A stretch of 64,000 nucleotides of DNA from Octopus sinensis. Its lineage: Eukaryota. The position numbers and the translations under genes were made by a program. Of the stretch, positions 26,086 to 38,596 are shown piece after piece. Where the stretch lies: positions 35,252 through 99,251 of the forward strand of contig NW_021833121.1 in assembly GCF_006345805.1 (NCBI RefSeq), given 5' to 3'. Position 1 is the first letter of the stretch. The number at the start of each line of letters is the position of its first letter. The notes under the pieces are model-generated. The model searched no databases, had not been told where the DNA came from, and worked only from the letters and a program-made list of their open reading frames with translations.

Positions 26086-26416
26086 AAATGAGAAGTGGTG
26101 AGAAGAAGGAGGAAGATGGTTTGGAAGTGAGGGAGGGATGAAGGTATGTATGTCATCTGGTTCAGAAGTGAGGCGGCACTTTGTGGGAGCTTTCGGTATA
26201 AGGGAAGAGTTTACCAGTATAAGAGAAGAGATTACCAGTATAAAGAGAAGGGATTTCAGGTATGACGGAAGGGATTTCCGGTATTGGTGGTGGGGCAGGA
26301 ATGTGTGGGCCCATCACAAACAAGAAATGTTAGAAATGGTTAGCTTTGCCACAAGAAAATTGAAATAGCAGCAAAGCAAAGAACAATAGAAACACAAGGA
26401 GTGATGCACAACCACA

Positions 26417-26612
26417 TGAGGGGGTGCTGAAAAGTTCCTGGCTTTAAGAGTATCACAGCCTTCTGAGATTTTTTACAGAGCTTAGAAAAACTGAAGGACC
26501 ACTGCAATAAGTGTGTGAATCTGAGAGAGGAATATGTTGAATAAAATTATAATTAACTAATCCTTCTCTATTTTCTTTTATCCAAATCCAGAAACTTTTC
26601 AATACCCCTTGA
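26417..26612. mobile_element. mariner-derived MITE
   Basis: Inverted ends gagggggtgctgaaaagttcctgg / ccagaaacttttcaatacccctt. Confidence 0.7.
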
Positions 26613-26649
26613 TAAATATATACATATATATATATATACATATATATAT

Positions 26650-27710
26650 ATAGTGTGAATTTACAAAAAAACAAAAGACGAAGACAGGCGTGTAAACAAC
26701 AAACAGATGTATTAGTTTAATGCTTGGGAAGTGAGAAAGTCTTTTATGTTTCAAGCCTACACTCATCGACAGAAAGGAACACAGAAATAAACAGGTAGAG
26801 AAAATAGTAAAGTTTTAGTGGCTGGTGATCTATCATCATGAATGCCGGACAGAGGGGTCACATAGGAGAGCTAGGAAGAAGGGGAGATAATAAAGTAGTG
26901 GTGATGATAAAATGAAGTTATGCATGCATGTATGTGAGAGCGTGTATGTGCATGTGGAAGGGGGCTGGTGACCTCGAAATGTGCGTGTGCATGTGTAGGA
27001 GTGTGGATGATGGTGTAGGTGCTGGGAAGTGGTCACTGCTAGTGTGTGCAGGGTGGTGTGATATAGTGTGGTATGGTGGTTTATGGTGGTGTGTGATTGT
27101 GTGGTGTGGTGTAGTGGAGGTGAGAGTGGGGGAAGCAAGGGTGGATTCTAAGGGATGGGATGTATAGGGATGGTGCAGTTAGAATGTGTAGGGGTGGGTA
27201 ACGAGGGAGGACGTGATGATGAAGGGAGAGGGTGGAAGGAAGAAGAGGTGGGTAGGAGTGAAGAGAGGAAGTAGGCGTTAGAGCAAGAGAGGAGAGGTGG
27301 GTGGGAGGAACTAGATGTGAGATGAAGAGAGGAGAGAGGAGGAGAGTCAGATGAAGAGGGGAGGAGAGTTGAGCCCATGTGACACAAAGGAGTGAAGAGA
27401 GAAGTTTAATCCCTGCTCATGGCGAAGACGGGAGCTCAGATCGCCCCTGTGCAAGGACAATCTGAACACAGACAGATACTGTAAAGAGTGACTGGTAGAG
27501 CAGAAATGGCATTAGACTGGGATGTTGTGGCCAAGTCTGATCAGCCAAGTGCGTCCTGTTTGACCAATGTATAGAGAAGGACAGAGAGAGCAGGAGATGC
27601 AGTAGATGACATTGCTAGAAATGCAGGCAAAGGAGTCAGTGAAATGATAGGGCTGATGATGGGTGCCTGTGAGGAGGGTGGTGTTGGAGAAGTAAGGGCA
27701 AGTCTGGCAT
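26650..27710 (-). mobile_element. Penelope-like element 3' end (GIY-YIG endonuclease, CT/CA-rich spacer, terminal repeat)
   Basis: Minus frame 27709-27365 reads CQTCPYF...FACISSNVIYCISCSLCPSLYIGQTGR...HEQGLNFSLHSFVSHGLN (one stop); hammerhead-like motif at 26741-26776. Confidence 0.85.
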
Positions 27711-27793
27711 AAATGTATGTATATACATATATATATATGTTAGAAATATTGAATTTCTAAATGTCTCAGAGACATGAGCGGTGGTGGAGCGAT

Positions 27794-28129
27794 AGAGTGG
27801 TTGTATACTGTCAACATAACATGACAGTCCTGTAAAGAGAATTACACCACCACTATTTAGCCCTAGGAAGCATCGATGCTTCCTGTTGGCTTTGACACAT
27901 TTCCTGTATCCTTATATTTGTGAAGGGGAGGCAAGCAACCCCACCAGCTGGACAGATGACAGGTGCTAATCCTAACTGGTGGAGGTGCTTGCCTCCCCTT
28001 CACAAATATAAGGACCACAGTAATGTGTCAAAGCCGACAGGAAGCATCGATGCTTCCTAGGGCTAAATAGCGGTGGTGTAATTCCCTTTACGGGACTGTC
28101 ACATTATGTTGACAGTATACAACCACTCT
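27794..28129. repeat. Near-perfect 336-bp fold-back palindrome (arms about 154 bp, 28-nt spacer)
   Basis: 27794-27947 is the reverse complement of 27976-28129 with few mismatches; each arm holds the perfect 20-mer palindrome aggaagcatcgatgcttcct (27865-27884, 28039-28058). Confidence 0.9.
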
Positions 28130-28159
28130 CTCTTTCTCTCTCTCTAGATATATATATAT

Positions 28160-28590
28160 AATAAATATTAGGGAATAAATTCAAACTTACAGGGAAAAAT
28201 CAGATTTAGGATTGAATCCAATTTTATAGTAAAATATTATATTATATTAAATTAGAGACAAAACCACTATTAGGCAAATCAAACAATGAAAAACTTGAGC
28301 CAATACATAATATTTAATTTATATTGTTTAAATGTAACAAAATTATTAAAAAAATATAATTAATATCACACTACAATCGTTTCCTGCCTGCTAACTTCTT
28401 CAAATTTTTGAGCCGCAGTCATTCATCAGGTGGTTTAACTATTTATCTTATCGAGGTGTGATATTAATTATATTTTTTTAATAATTTTTTGTATTTTAAA
28501 TAATATAAATTAAATATTATGTATTGGCTCAAGTTTTTCATTGTTTGATTTGCCTAATAGTGGTTTTGTCTCTAATTTAATATAATATAT
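28160..28590 (-). mobile_element. AT-rich fold-back element with a central hammerhead motif
   Basis: Arms 28239-28371 and 28456-28588 are reverse complements; flanked by (TA)n. Confidence 0.75.
28367..28433 (-). ncRNA. Type I hammerhead ribozyme motif (partly decayed)
   Basis: Minus strand: ccac CTGATGA atgactgc...gcaggcag GAAA cgattg TA^ gtgtg. Stem I is 3 bp; stem II pairs tgactgc/gcaggca with one mismatch; stem III ACGATTGT is self-complementary with G-U pairs. Confidence 0.6.
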
Positions 28591-28689
28591 ATAGTATATA
28601 TATATATATATAGATATATATATATATATATATAATAATATATATATATAATATATATATATATCTAATATATAAATCGAATTGAACCA

Positions 28690-29020
28690 GCCAGGATCCC
28701 TGGTCTGGTGGTACGTAAAAAGCACTATCCGACTCGTGGCTGATGCCAGCGCAGCCTCGACTGGCTTCCGTGCCGGTGGCACATAAAATACACCTATCCG
28801 ACCGTGGCCATTGCCAGCCTCGCCTGGCACCTGTGCAGGTGGCACGTAAAAAGCACTCACTACACTCACGGAGTGGTTGCGTTAGGAAGGGCATCCAGCT
28901 GTAGAAACATTGCCAGATAAGACTGGAGCCGGTGCAGCCTTCTGGCTTCCCAGATCCCCGGTCGAACCGTCCAACCCATGCTAGCATGAGAATGGATGTT
29001 AAACGATGATGATGATGATA
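28690..29020 (+). mobile_element. RTE LINE 3' UTR fragment with (GAT)n tail
   Basis: Repeat units plus taggaagggcatccagctgtagaaac...ccaacccatgctagcatg...aaacgatgatgat. Confidence 0.85.
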
Positions 29021-29042
29021 TATAATATATATATATAATATA

Positions 29043-29093
<51 letters not shown>

Positions 29094-29984
29094 AATATAT
29101 ATATTAATATATATTATATATATTATACTATATATATTTAATATATATATATATATATATAATATATATTATATATATATATATATATACATTTGTTTAT
29201 TTGTATATATAAATGCCACTTCATTTGTTTTGGCTATGACAAAGATATCATTGTGAGAGCAGTTCAGAATATTTTCAGTCGATCAATCAATCAAGTGATA
29301 ATACTGAAACATGAACACACACTAATACATATCAGAAACAGCTATAAGCCAATAGTAAATAAATAAATTTTTATAACCCAATACTTCTGTCTATTATATA
29401 TATATACATATATATTATAATATAGGGTAAAATCATTAATAATTTTACCAGGTGGGCAGCGTGGAAATACAAAATTACCTATAAAGTTTTTATTTCCATG
29501 CTGACCACCTGATTCTACACTTTATTATAATTAATATTTGAAAAATTTATTCCTTGATCAAAGCTGTATTAACTGCAGTCTAGATCTTGACACACTACAC
29601 ATGGGTATAAAGGAAAGAAGTGAATTCTACTTTGCAGTATATTTCTACGAGTGTGGATGGATATTGGTTAGGTGATGTTGCAGCTCGCATGCATAATTTG
29701 AGATACTCATAAATTTATGCTATGGAATACTGTCGCTAATGATAGTAATAGGTTATATTTTTTTACTTTAAGCTTGAAACAGGATCTTGTATGCGGTTAA
29801 CCAAAAAGTTGTTGATTCATTATTATTCTTTTGCTCACCTACAATATAGAGTTTTATTCTCGGAGATTTTAAGCTGGTAATAGGGCATTTGGTGTCTATT
29901 TCTATAGCACGTGGTGAGGTGTAAAGCTAATCCCTTGTTACAACTATGTATATAATTATTATATATATATAGGTTTCAGGATGT

Positions 29985-30260
29985 CATAAGAACTACCATG
30001 AAGTCACTTGGAATGGATCCAAAGGCCATAGAAACCCTTGCTTTGGCTTGAGCTGGATAGTGGAGAAAGTGTGGAGTGGAGTGAAAGCATTTGAAGAGGC
30101 CAGGATAACATATGCAAGACTCAAGAGAGATTTAAAGAAGAATGTTCTGATTGAGATGGTGAATTTCAGTAACCTTTTTCTGAGCACAGTTTGTGGCAGA
30201 ACATGCCCTACTTTTGCTGGGCTCAAATCTCATATGTGGACCAATGAAATACAAACCTTC
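29985..30260 (+). mobile_element. BovB-like RTE C-terminal fragment with C2H2 finger remnant
   Basis: ORF 30048-30323 reads WSGVKAFEEARITYARLKRDLKK...VCGRTCPTFAGLKSHM. Confidence 0.7.
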
Positions 30261-31019
30261 ACCAACTATTCTGCCTATATATCTGTGCACATCTTTCAAT
30301 ACTATGTATGCCATAAGGTCTAAAAATCTAATGGAGGCCTCAAAAGACATTTTAAGATCCACAAAGATCAGAACTTAACTGCAGATATGCAATCTTTATG
30401 GGTGTCTTTTCAATACATTGTCTGGTTTAAAAAGCCACATCAGATGCCATGATGGATTTAAGGTGTAGGTACAAGAGGTGGCATATGGAGTAAACAACCA
30501 CAGAAATTGTTGAGGCAGATTTTCTAAAGCTGGATGCCCTTCCTCATCTGATTCGAAGCAAGTTATTATTTCCTCATGATCAGACCTGTTTTTACAGAAG
30601 ACTAGAGAGAAATATTGCTGCTTGTATGATGGTGATCATTGTTTATAGCCATCACATAGCATTGAAACAAGGGTACGCATACGTACGCATGTGCACACAC
30701 ACACACAGAGTTATGCCTTTGCTAGTCAGGAACAGGAGAAAGCTGCTAATGCCTGATAAATAGGAGGGACAAATATTCCACCAAACCTCCAAATTGAGAT
30801 AAAAAATGTTGGCTCTGCTATACCAGCATGGAAGATATCAAACATATCATCAGCAGCTGCCCCAAAATGTCTATAATATAATACCTGCCCCTGAGGCATG
30901 ATACAGTTGCAAAGACTATTTACAATGCAATCTGCAGGAAGGACTGTCCTGATGTATACATCAAGGGCATGTCAGAACCAGCTAGTATCCATGCCTTTAA
31001 AAATATGGAATACTGGTGA

Positions 31020-31930
31020 AATACCCCAATCATCATCATTTAGTGTCTATTATCTATGCTGGCATGGGTTAGACAGTTTGACTGAAACTGGTAAGCTGGA
31101 GAGTTGCACTAGGCTCTGTCTGATTTGGCCTGGTTTGTACAACTGGATGCCTTTCCTAATACCAACTACTCCAAGAACGTAGTAGGTGCCTTTTACATGT
31201 CACCAGCATGGGTGCCTTTTATGTGCCACCAGCATGAGTGCCTTTTACATGTCACCAGCATAGATGCCCTTTCTGTGACACCAGCACAGGTGCTGTTCAC
31301 ATGTTACAGACATGGCTGTCTTTTACATGTCTTCTCAAATACATCAAATTGTCAAAGGTCTCAATCACTTGTCATTGCATCATGAGACTCAACATCTGAA
31401 GATAATGCTTCACTACCTCACATCATGTCTTCGTGGGTCTACCTTTTCTACAAGTTCCCACCACAGTTAGAGATTCGCGCTTCTTTATGCAGCTGTCATT
31501 GTCCATATGCATCACATGACCATACCAGTGCACTCATCTCTCTTGCACACCACGTCTGATGCCACTTATGCTCAATTTTTCTCTCAAGGTGCTTACACTG
31601 CCGTAAATACACACTGACATTGCACATCCAATGAAGCATATTAGCCTCATTTTCTTTTGAGCCTTCACATGTCCTCTGAAGTCATAGCTCATGTTTCACT
31701 GCCATGTACCATAGCTGTTCCCACACAAGCATCATGCAATCTGCATTTCACTCTGAGGGAGAGGCCATTAGTTACCAACAGAGACAGAAGCTCTCTGAAC
31801 TTTGCCTAGCCTATTCTTATTCAAGCAACTATGTTCTTGGAGCATCCATCACCACTGATGACTTGGTCACCCAGATAACAGAAGCTATCTACCACTTCTA
31901 AGTATCTCCATTGACATTTGATGAAGTTTA
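31020..31930 (-). mobile_element. RTE-type LINE 3' portion, degenerate
   Basis: 3' UTR units at 31180-31330; C-terminal RT remnants; YLEVVDSFCYLGDQV at 31821-31920. Confidence 0.8.
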
Positions 31931-32602
31931 TTTTTTGTACACTTCTAGTGTTTATTGTACCTATATATGTCCACACACAAATATTACTTTCTCTAATAAA
32001 AATATCAATTTGGTGCAAACATAACAGAACTGATATTGTTCTGTGGGACAGGGAGCAAAAGTCATACACCGTTGCAGAGGTCAGCTGCCCAGCAAATGTC
32101 AATGTACAATAAGTCCAGGAAAAAGAGAAAATTTATGTTTAGAGATGGAGAAAACATGATTATAGCAAGTGATGGTAACAGGAAGTCGGGTGGCTGAGAG
32201 GTGGAGTATGGTTGATAAGTCAGAGCATAGAGAATGCACAGATAGGCATGTGAGGTATAATAGAGGGACCTGCAGTGGGTGATCATGGAGGGATGTTGAG
32301 AAGATCGACTGTAGGGGTGTTTAGTCAGAAAACAGATTATGTGCATGAATGAGTGGGGTGCATGGTCATGATGGATCTACTTATATGTATGGATGGCCAC
32401 AATTATACTTCGCTCGATGTGTCTTTTCAAGCACAACAGATCATCAGTAATCTCAGTCCCTTGTCATCTATTTGAGGCTCAACATTGGAAGATCATTTCT
32501 CCCCTCTTTGTCCCATGTCTTCCTGGTCTACTCATTCCAGAAGTTATATAATAATAATCATAATATTTGATGATGATGATGATAATGATAATAATAATAA
32601 TA

Positions 32603-32635
<33 letters not shown>

Positions 32636-32889
32636 TAATAATAATAATAATAATATAATAATAATAATAATAAAGAACTATTACTACCCATGTATTTTAA
32701 TTTAACTTTAAAACAAAAAGAAAAAAAATGAACGAACTAGTGAGTTTAGTTTAATGGCCTACCAATGTATACTATGAGTTTCTTTGCCCTAGGAGTCAGG
32801 AAGACACTCGGCAAGAAATGGAAGCAAATTTGAAAGAAGAGGAAAAAAAAAGATAACAACAATAATAATAATAATAATAATAAAGGTTT

Positions 32890-35800
32890 CAAATTTTAGC
32901 TCAGAGGCAGTACACGACATCTGATGTGGCTTGTACCCAAATTTTCTCTTAAATCATTTATACTTTGTCGTATATGCACACTAGCTTCATTCCTTTGAAG
33001 CTATCACATATCCTCTGTTGTCACAGACCATGTTTCACTGCCATGTAGTATAATTGTTCATACATAGGCATCATACAATCTGCCTCTCACTCAGAGGTAG
33101 TAGCTCTTTGAAATTTGTCCAGCTGCTCTTATTTTAGCACTTATGCTTTCAAAGCATCCTCCTCCACTGTTAACTTGGTTGTCTAAGTAGTGTAAGTTAT
33201 CTACTACTTCTAAAGATGCTCCGTTAGACATTTGAGGAACTCTGTTTTCAGTACATTCCTAATGCTTATTGTACCTGCACATCTGCCACACACAAAGATG
33301 ACTTTCTCTGTTTACCTTCCAGTGATACTGCAGCATTTCCTATATGTCCATAATTTGCACTGGGTACACAGTATCGAATCTCTACATACATCTTTTCTAC
33401 ATATTGAGTGAGTTTTCCTACTTACTAGCACTTTGTCTTTCCTAAATCTGTTATGTGTCCATAACTTGCACTGGGTACACAGTATCAGGTTTCTACATAC
33501 ATCTTTTCTACATGTTCAGTGAGCTTTCCTATTTACTAGAACTTTGGTTTTCTTAAATTAACTCTACAACCCTTTAATTCCATACACTGCTTCTACACAT
33601 GAAATTTCTTCTCTAGTTCTGGCAGAGATTCAGCTATAAGGACAAGGTCATCATCGTAAAAGAGTGCCCAAGGACAGCCAGTCTTAAATTCCTCTCTTAT
33701 GGTTTGGAGGACTATGACAAACAAGATGGAGCTGGCAACCAAACCTTAGTGAACTCCTACCTGTACACTAAATTCATTAATATACTCATTGCTGACTTTC
33801 ACCAAACTGACAGCATCTCTGTATGTGGATTTTACAGCTCTCACAAACCACTCATCTATACTGACCACCAGATATGGGAGTGGGGACCCCTATCAAAAGT
33901 TCTCTCTATGTCAACAAAAGACAACTGCTGGGGTGTATTTTTGGTTACTGTAAAAACCCATGTAATTTATGCATTTTTTCTCAAAAAAAAAAAAAACTTT
34001 AGGGTGCATAAATTACATGAGCAGAACATTTCCAGAATTTTTTTTAGAAATTGTTTTTTTGTTGAAAAAAGACATACAAAATGTAAACATTTAATGTCAG
34101 AATAGGTTTTTACAGAAAAAAATAAGGGCTTAAATATAATGAAGTTTACTTTTATTTATGCTGGATGGTATATTGCTTATGTTTTCTTTATAAATTTACT
34201 AAAACCATTAATGTTTATTAGTAATTAACTTAATTTGCAACACCTGTGCATATTTATCTTCTTTGCTTTTGTTAATAATTCTTATCAACAATTTTTCCTG
34301 TGATTGTATGCTAAAGAACGGACATAATCTCTTGTTGGCAAGGAAAGTAAAATAAAGTTTATTATAAACAACATAAACACTTTGTAATTTAATAGCTTTT
34401 AATGTGATACCTGTTAAACAGAAATAATTTTTATTTAATGAAAATTTAATAAAATCTAATCATAAGTATGTGAAATTATGCTAAATACAACTAAATTAAA
34501 AACCTTTTACCCCTGGCCTTATTGGCAATTCAGAAAACTTTTGGGTGCGAATTTTACATGAGCAGAAGCTTTTTAATGCTTCTCCTGCAGTTGCCTTACC
34601 AGAAAAGTAGCATTAATTGTGCTTCTTCCTGGTACAAAACCGAACTGTATCACATCTAGGCTAACTCTCTTCCTAATTATTTGGGCTATGACCCTCTCTG
34701 TAACTTTCATCATCTGGTTCAGCAATTGACACTTCTGTAATTATTTATATGTAAGGTATCACCTTTACTTTTTTTGCAATTGACGAAAATGTTGCTATAA
34801 CAGTCATTAGGTATGACTTCATTGTGAACAAGCTGATTAACTATGCAGGTGATGAAGCCATATCACACTCCACCAGATACTTTAAATATCTTAGTGGTGA
34901 TTCTTGATAGGCTACAGTGTTTCCTCTCTTCACATCCTTAATTGCTTTATCTACTGAACTACTATCAATTAGGACAGCTGGTCCCTCTGTTGGGTCTGTG
35001 TTAGGCTCTTCTTTATTCATGCCTTCTCTACATTTAACAATCTTTGACAGTGGCATTTCTAGGCCTCTTTTTTCCAGAAACAATAATTGCAAGTGAACCA
35101 TGATCAATATAAATTCATTTCTCTTCTGCAACATCACAGTTTCCTCTGGCACACTGTATTGCTATCTGAAACACCTCAAAACTCAAGTCCTTACACTACT
35201 GAACATTGGCAGACTGCTCCCTTTCTGCTTCTTCCCTAGCTAAATGTACCTTTCACCCATCTTCCTTTCAGTCTACCTAATATAGTTCTCTGATGCCACT
35301 ACTCTTCCAATACTTCCAACCTGTTTCTTTGTCTAATGGCCCTGTCTACTACACAATTCCACAAACATGTTACCCTACATCTAGTTGGGACTTTGCACCA
35401 GACACAAATTTGGTCAGTGGCTCTCACTAAATTATTCTGTAGAAACTCCAAGTTGTCCTCTATGTTACATGTCTGTAACCTTTCTTCATCAAATGCTTCA
35501 TTTAGAGTGTCTCTAAATCACTGACTATTAAAAGGATCCTAAAGCTTCCAAATCCTTCTTTTCTAGACTGGTCTACATCTTGGAATTCTTCTAGCCTGAA
35601 GTCTGAGGTCACTAATGACTAATCTATGATGAGGGGTGCCTTCTTCACCCCAGAAGGTCTTTGTATTTATGAGCAACCATGTACCTTACTTTCTGGTTAA
35701 AATGTAGTGAATCTGTCTAGTGTGGCCATCAGATCGATAGTTTATCAGGTGAAGTTGGTGTTGCAGATTCTTATTCCCTTTTCATTATGGGAACCAACTC

Positions 35801-36340
35801 CCTAACCCCCATGTACACCACTGAAACCAACCGGATGCTGTCCAACATGCCCATTGAAGTCACCAATCATGAAAATAAGGTCACTGGCATTTGTCCTTGA
35901 AGTAGTCTGCATAGTCGATCCTCTTGTTCATTTGGCAGATATGGTTGAGGAGCATAGGTGGAAATAATTGTTGCTGTACTACTTTGTGTAACTAATCTAA
36001 GCTTAAGTATCTTCTCTCACAGTCTGAGTACCTCAATTACCTTATCCACCAATTTATTAAATAAAAGTATGCCCACACCACCTACCCCACCATTATTGTC
36101 TTCCTAGAAGATTTTATACGTATGTTCTTTGCCTGTGAGGAACCTGGATGAAGCTCCCCCCACCCTACTTCTTGAATGCAATACACATTGGCACACTTCC
36201 ACTGAGGCATCTCAACTATCTCACCAGACCTACCTTTCAATATGCCTACAGTGACAGTGTCAACTGTAAGGAAGTGAACTGGGAGATAGGAGGGAACAGG
36301 GATGGGTGACAGCATTCAGCATCTAAAAAGAAACTTTCAA
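32890..36340 (-). mobile_element. RTE-type LINE, old near-full-length copy interrupted by a MITE
   Basis: Endonuclease start (VGILKGRSGEIVEM; VYCIQEV) at 36082-36315; RT remnants at 33000-33950 and 34575-35150. Confidence 0.8.
33948..34575. mobile_element. AT-rich MITE-like insertion splitting the RTE RT region
   Basis: The RTE sequence ttttggtta resumes as tgcttctcctgcag after about 630 bp of unrelated AT-rich DNA beginning ctgtaaaaacccatgtaatttatgca; internal repeat ggtgc...ttacatgagcagaa at both ends. Confidence 0.65.
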
Positions 36341-37319
36341 CAAGCATTTGCCAGTAACACACATGTCAGTTGTCCTCACGGTTAATCGACCATTATTCAT
36401 TCATGTCACACTTGCTGCATCTACTGGAGGTGAGTGTGCTTTGCAAGCCTACTTAATCGTAAGATAAATCAAAATTGATTAGTTGATTAGTTAATTGATA
36501 GGTTCTCTTCAGTTACATTTTGGTGAAAAGCATACAAGCTATGGCATTGGTATTATAGTAACAGAGGTGAGACACTACTGAGAGAGAAAAAAGGAGGGAA
36601 GAGCAAAAGAAAGGTTGTTAAGAGAGATTCTGATACAGAAGATAGGTTTTCAGAATGAGTAAAGGGTGTAGGTATAGTGGGTGGTGAAAGGGTATAGGTG
36701 TTGGGGATGGGAATGCGTAGAGTGGGTATAGGTGGTGGGGCTGGAAGGGTGGGCACATTGCAAGCAAATGAAGGATCCCAACTTTAGAAAGAAAATACAA
36801 ACACCATCCAGACAATAATTAAGAGAGGATATGAAAAGCTTTTTGTGAGAAATAAACACATATATTCAACAAGTCAGACTCGAGAGCCAGTACTGAAAGT
36901 TACAACACTTTGTAGATGAACATATCCATGTAAACAATGCAAATGAAGACAGAAAAACAGGTAATGGGTGTTTATGCATACCTCAGGAGGCTACTGCTCC
37001 CTCCTCAGCACCATATCCAGAACACCAACTCCAGCAGTGCAACACTATTAGACAGACCAACACACATACCAATACACAGTATATAGTACAGAGTATATAT
37101 AGAATATACTATAATGACATATGTGCTTGTATATCAACAGATATATATGTACAACTTGCATTTCTGTTTTGAAGGTAAAAATCATTTTGTAATTTTCATA
37201 CAATAAGGCACAATACTCAGCAGTATAGTAATATTTTTTCTTCTCTCTCTCTCTCTCTCTCATACACACACACACACACAAATATATAATAGTTGCAACT
37301 TCATTTCAAATAATTCCAC

Positions 37320-38555
37320 TACTTGATAGTTCTTTTGAACATAAGCAACATTGATGTGGCTTTTCATATGTCACAATGATGGGCACCTTTTGTAGTAGGT
37401 GTTATAGTATTGCTTTGGTGAATTGTCATGGCATTTCACTCTGTTTCCTGATGCACTTTCTTTTCCACATTCACTGCAAGTAGAGATGCTGCACAATGTA
37501 TAGTTAATAATGTTCCTGTGTGTGTGTGTGGCTTCTCTGGTGACTTCTATGGTATGTCTGTCTAAGAAACAACCACATTTGTTACATGTTAAACCAACAT
37601 TCTCAGGCAAATTAACATCAAGACCCTTATGAACATCTCTCTTGAGATTTTCATGCTCAGTACAATTTCATTCAAATTCCTTCCAGTGATGATGCACTGA
37701 TTTTATCTATAATGAATGATCTAGAATGATGTCTCTTCCATTTTCCAACATTTTAATCTTTTCCAATATATTCTTGATGCAGTTCTTATTTCATTTAAGA
37801 TTGTGTGCTGGTCTTTTACCCTGACCAAACTTACAACATATAAATTGCTAAGGAATCCAACCGTCTTCCATCTTGACCATATAACCACTGCATCATAATC
37901 TTCAACTACTAGAAACTATAGCTAGAAACTAGGCTTATTGAATTCAAGGAATTTGTCACTTATGTTTGTTACTGAGCATTTAGTAGATGACAGCCTATTC
38001 ATATGTTTCTAGTAAATAACAAAGATCTGACAAGACGATCGCAATAAAAACAACATTACAAGTATTGCAGACTTTTGATTTTGTCACAACTGAAATTCCA
38101 TACCAAGACCCTAAACTTCTAACAAATTTTCCAAATGCATCACAGGCTTTCTTGATATGGAGGGAAATTTCATTATCAAGAATATTCGTCATTTTCACAG
38201 TACTGTCTAAATACAAAAATTTTTCCACAAGCAACAATTTCTGTCCATATAGATAAACACAAGAGTAGGCTTTACCTTGTGCAGATTGGTATATTATGAC
38301 TGTCTTTTGTAGGCTGGTTGTTAGGCTCAATGCATTGCATGCTGTTGAAAAGGAGTCCATAAGATGCTGCATATCATTCTGGGAGTGAGCATCAAGATCA
38401 ATATTAAAGTCATCAATATACAGGGATTTACATATAAGAACACTTTATTTTGGCAGCAACATCATCCCCATTGTTCAGTATCCGATATAGAAACCATGTA
38501 AGCACTCCTCAAAAGCCATCGACAACACTAAAGAAAATACAAGGCAAATGAAGTT

Positions 38556-38596
<41 letters not shown>

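Noticed and set aside
37371-37610. Host C2H2 zinc-finger gene
   Set aside because: It is collinear with the C-terminus of the adjacent RTE ORF and is frameshifted, so it is treated as part of the element.
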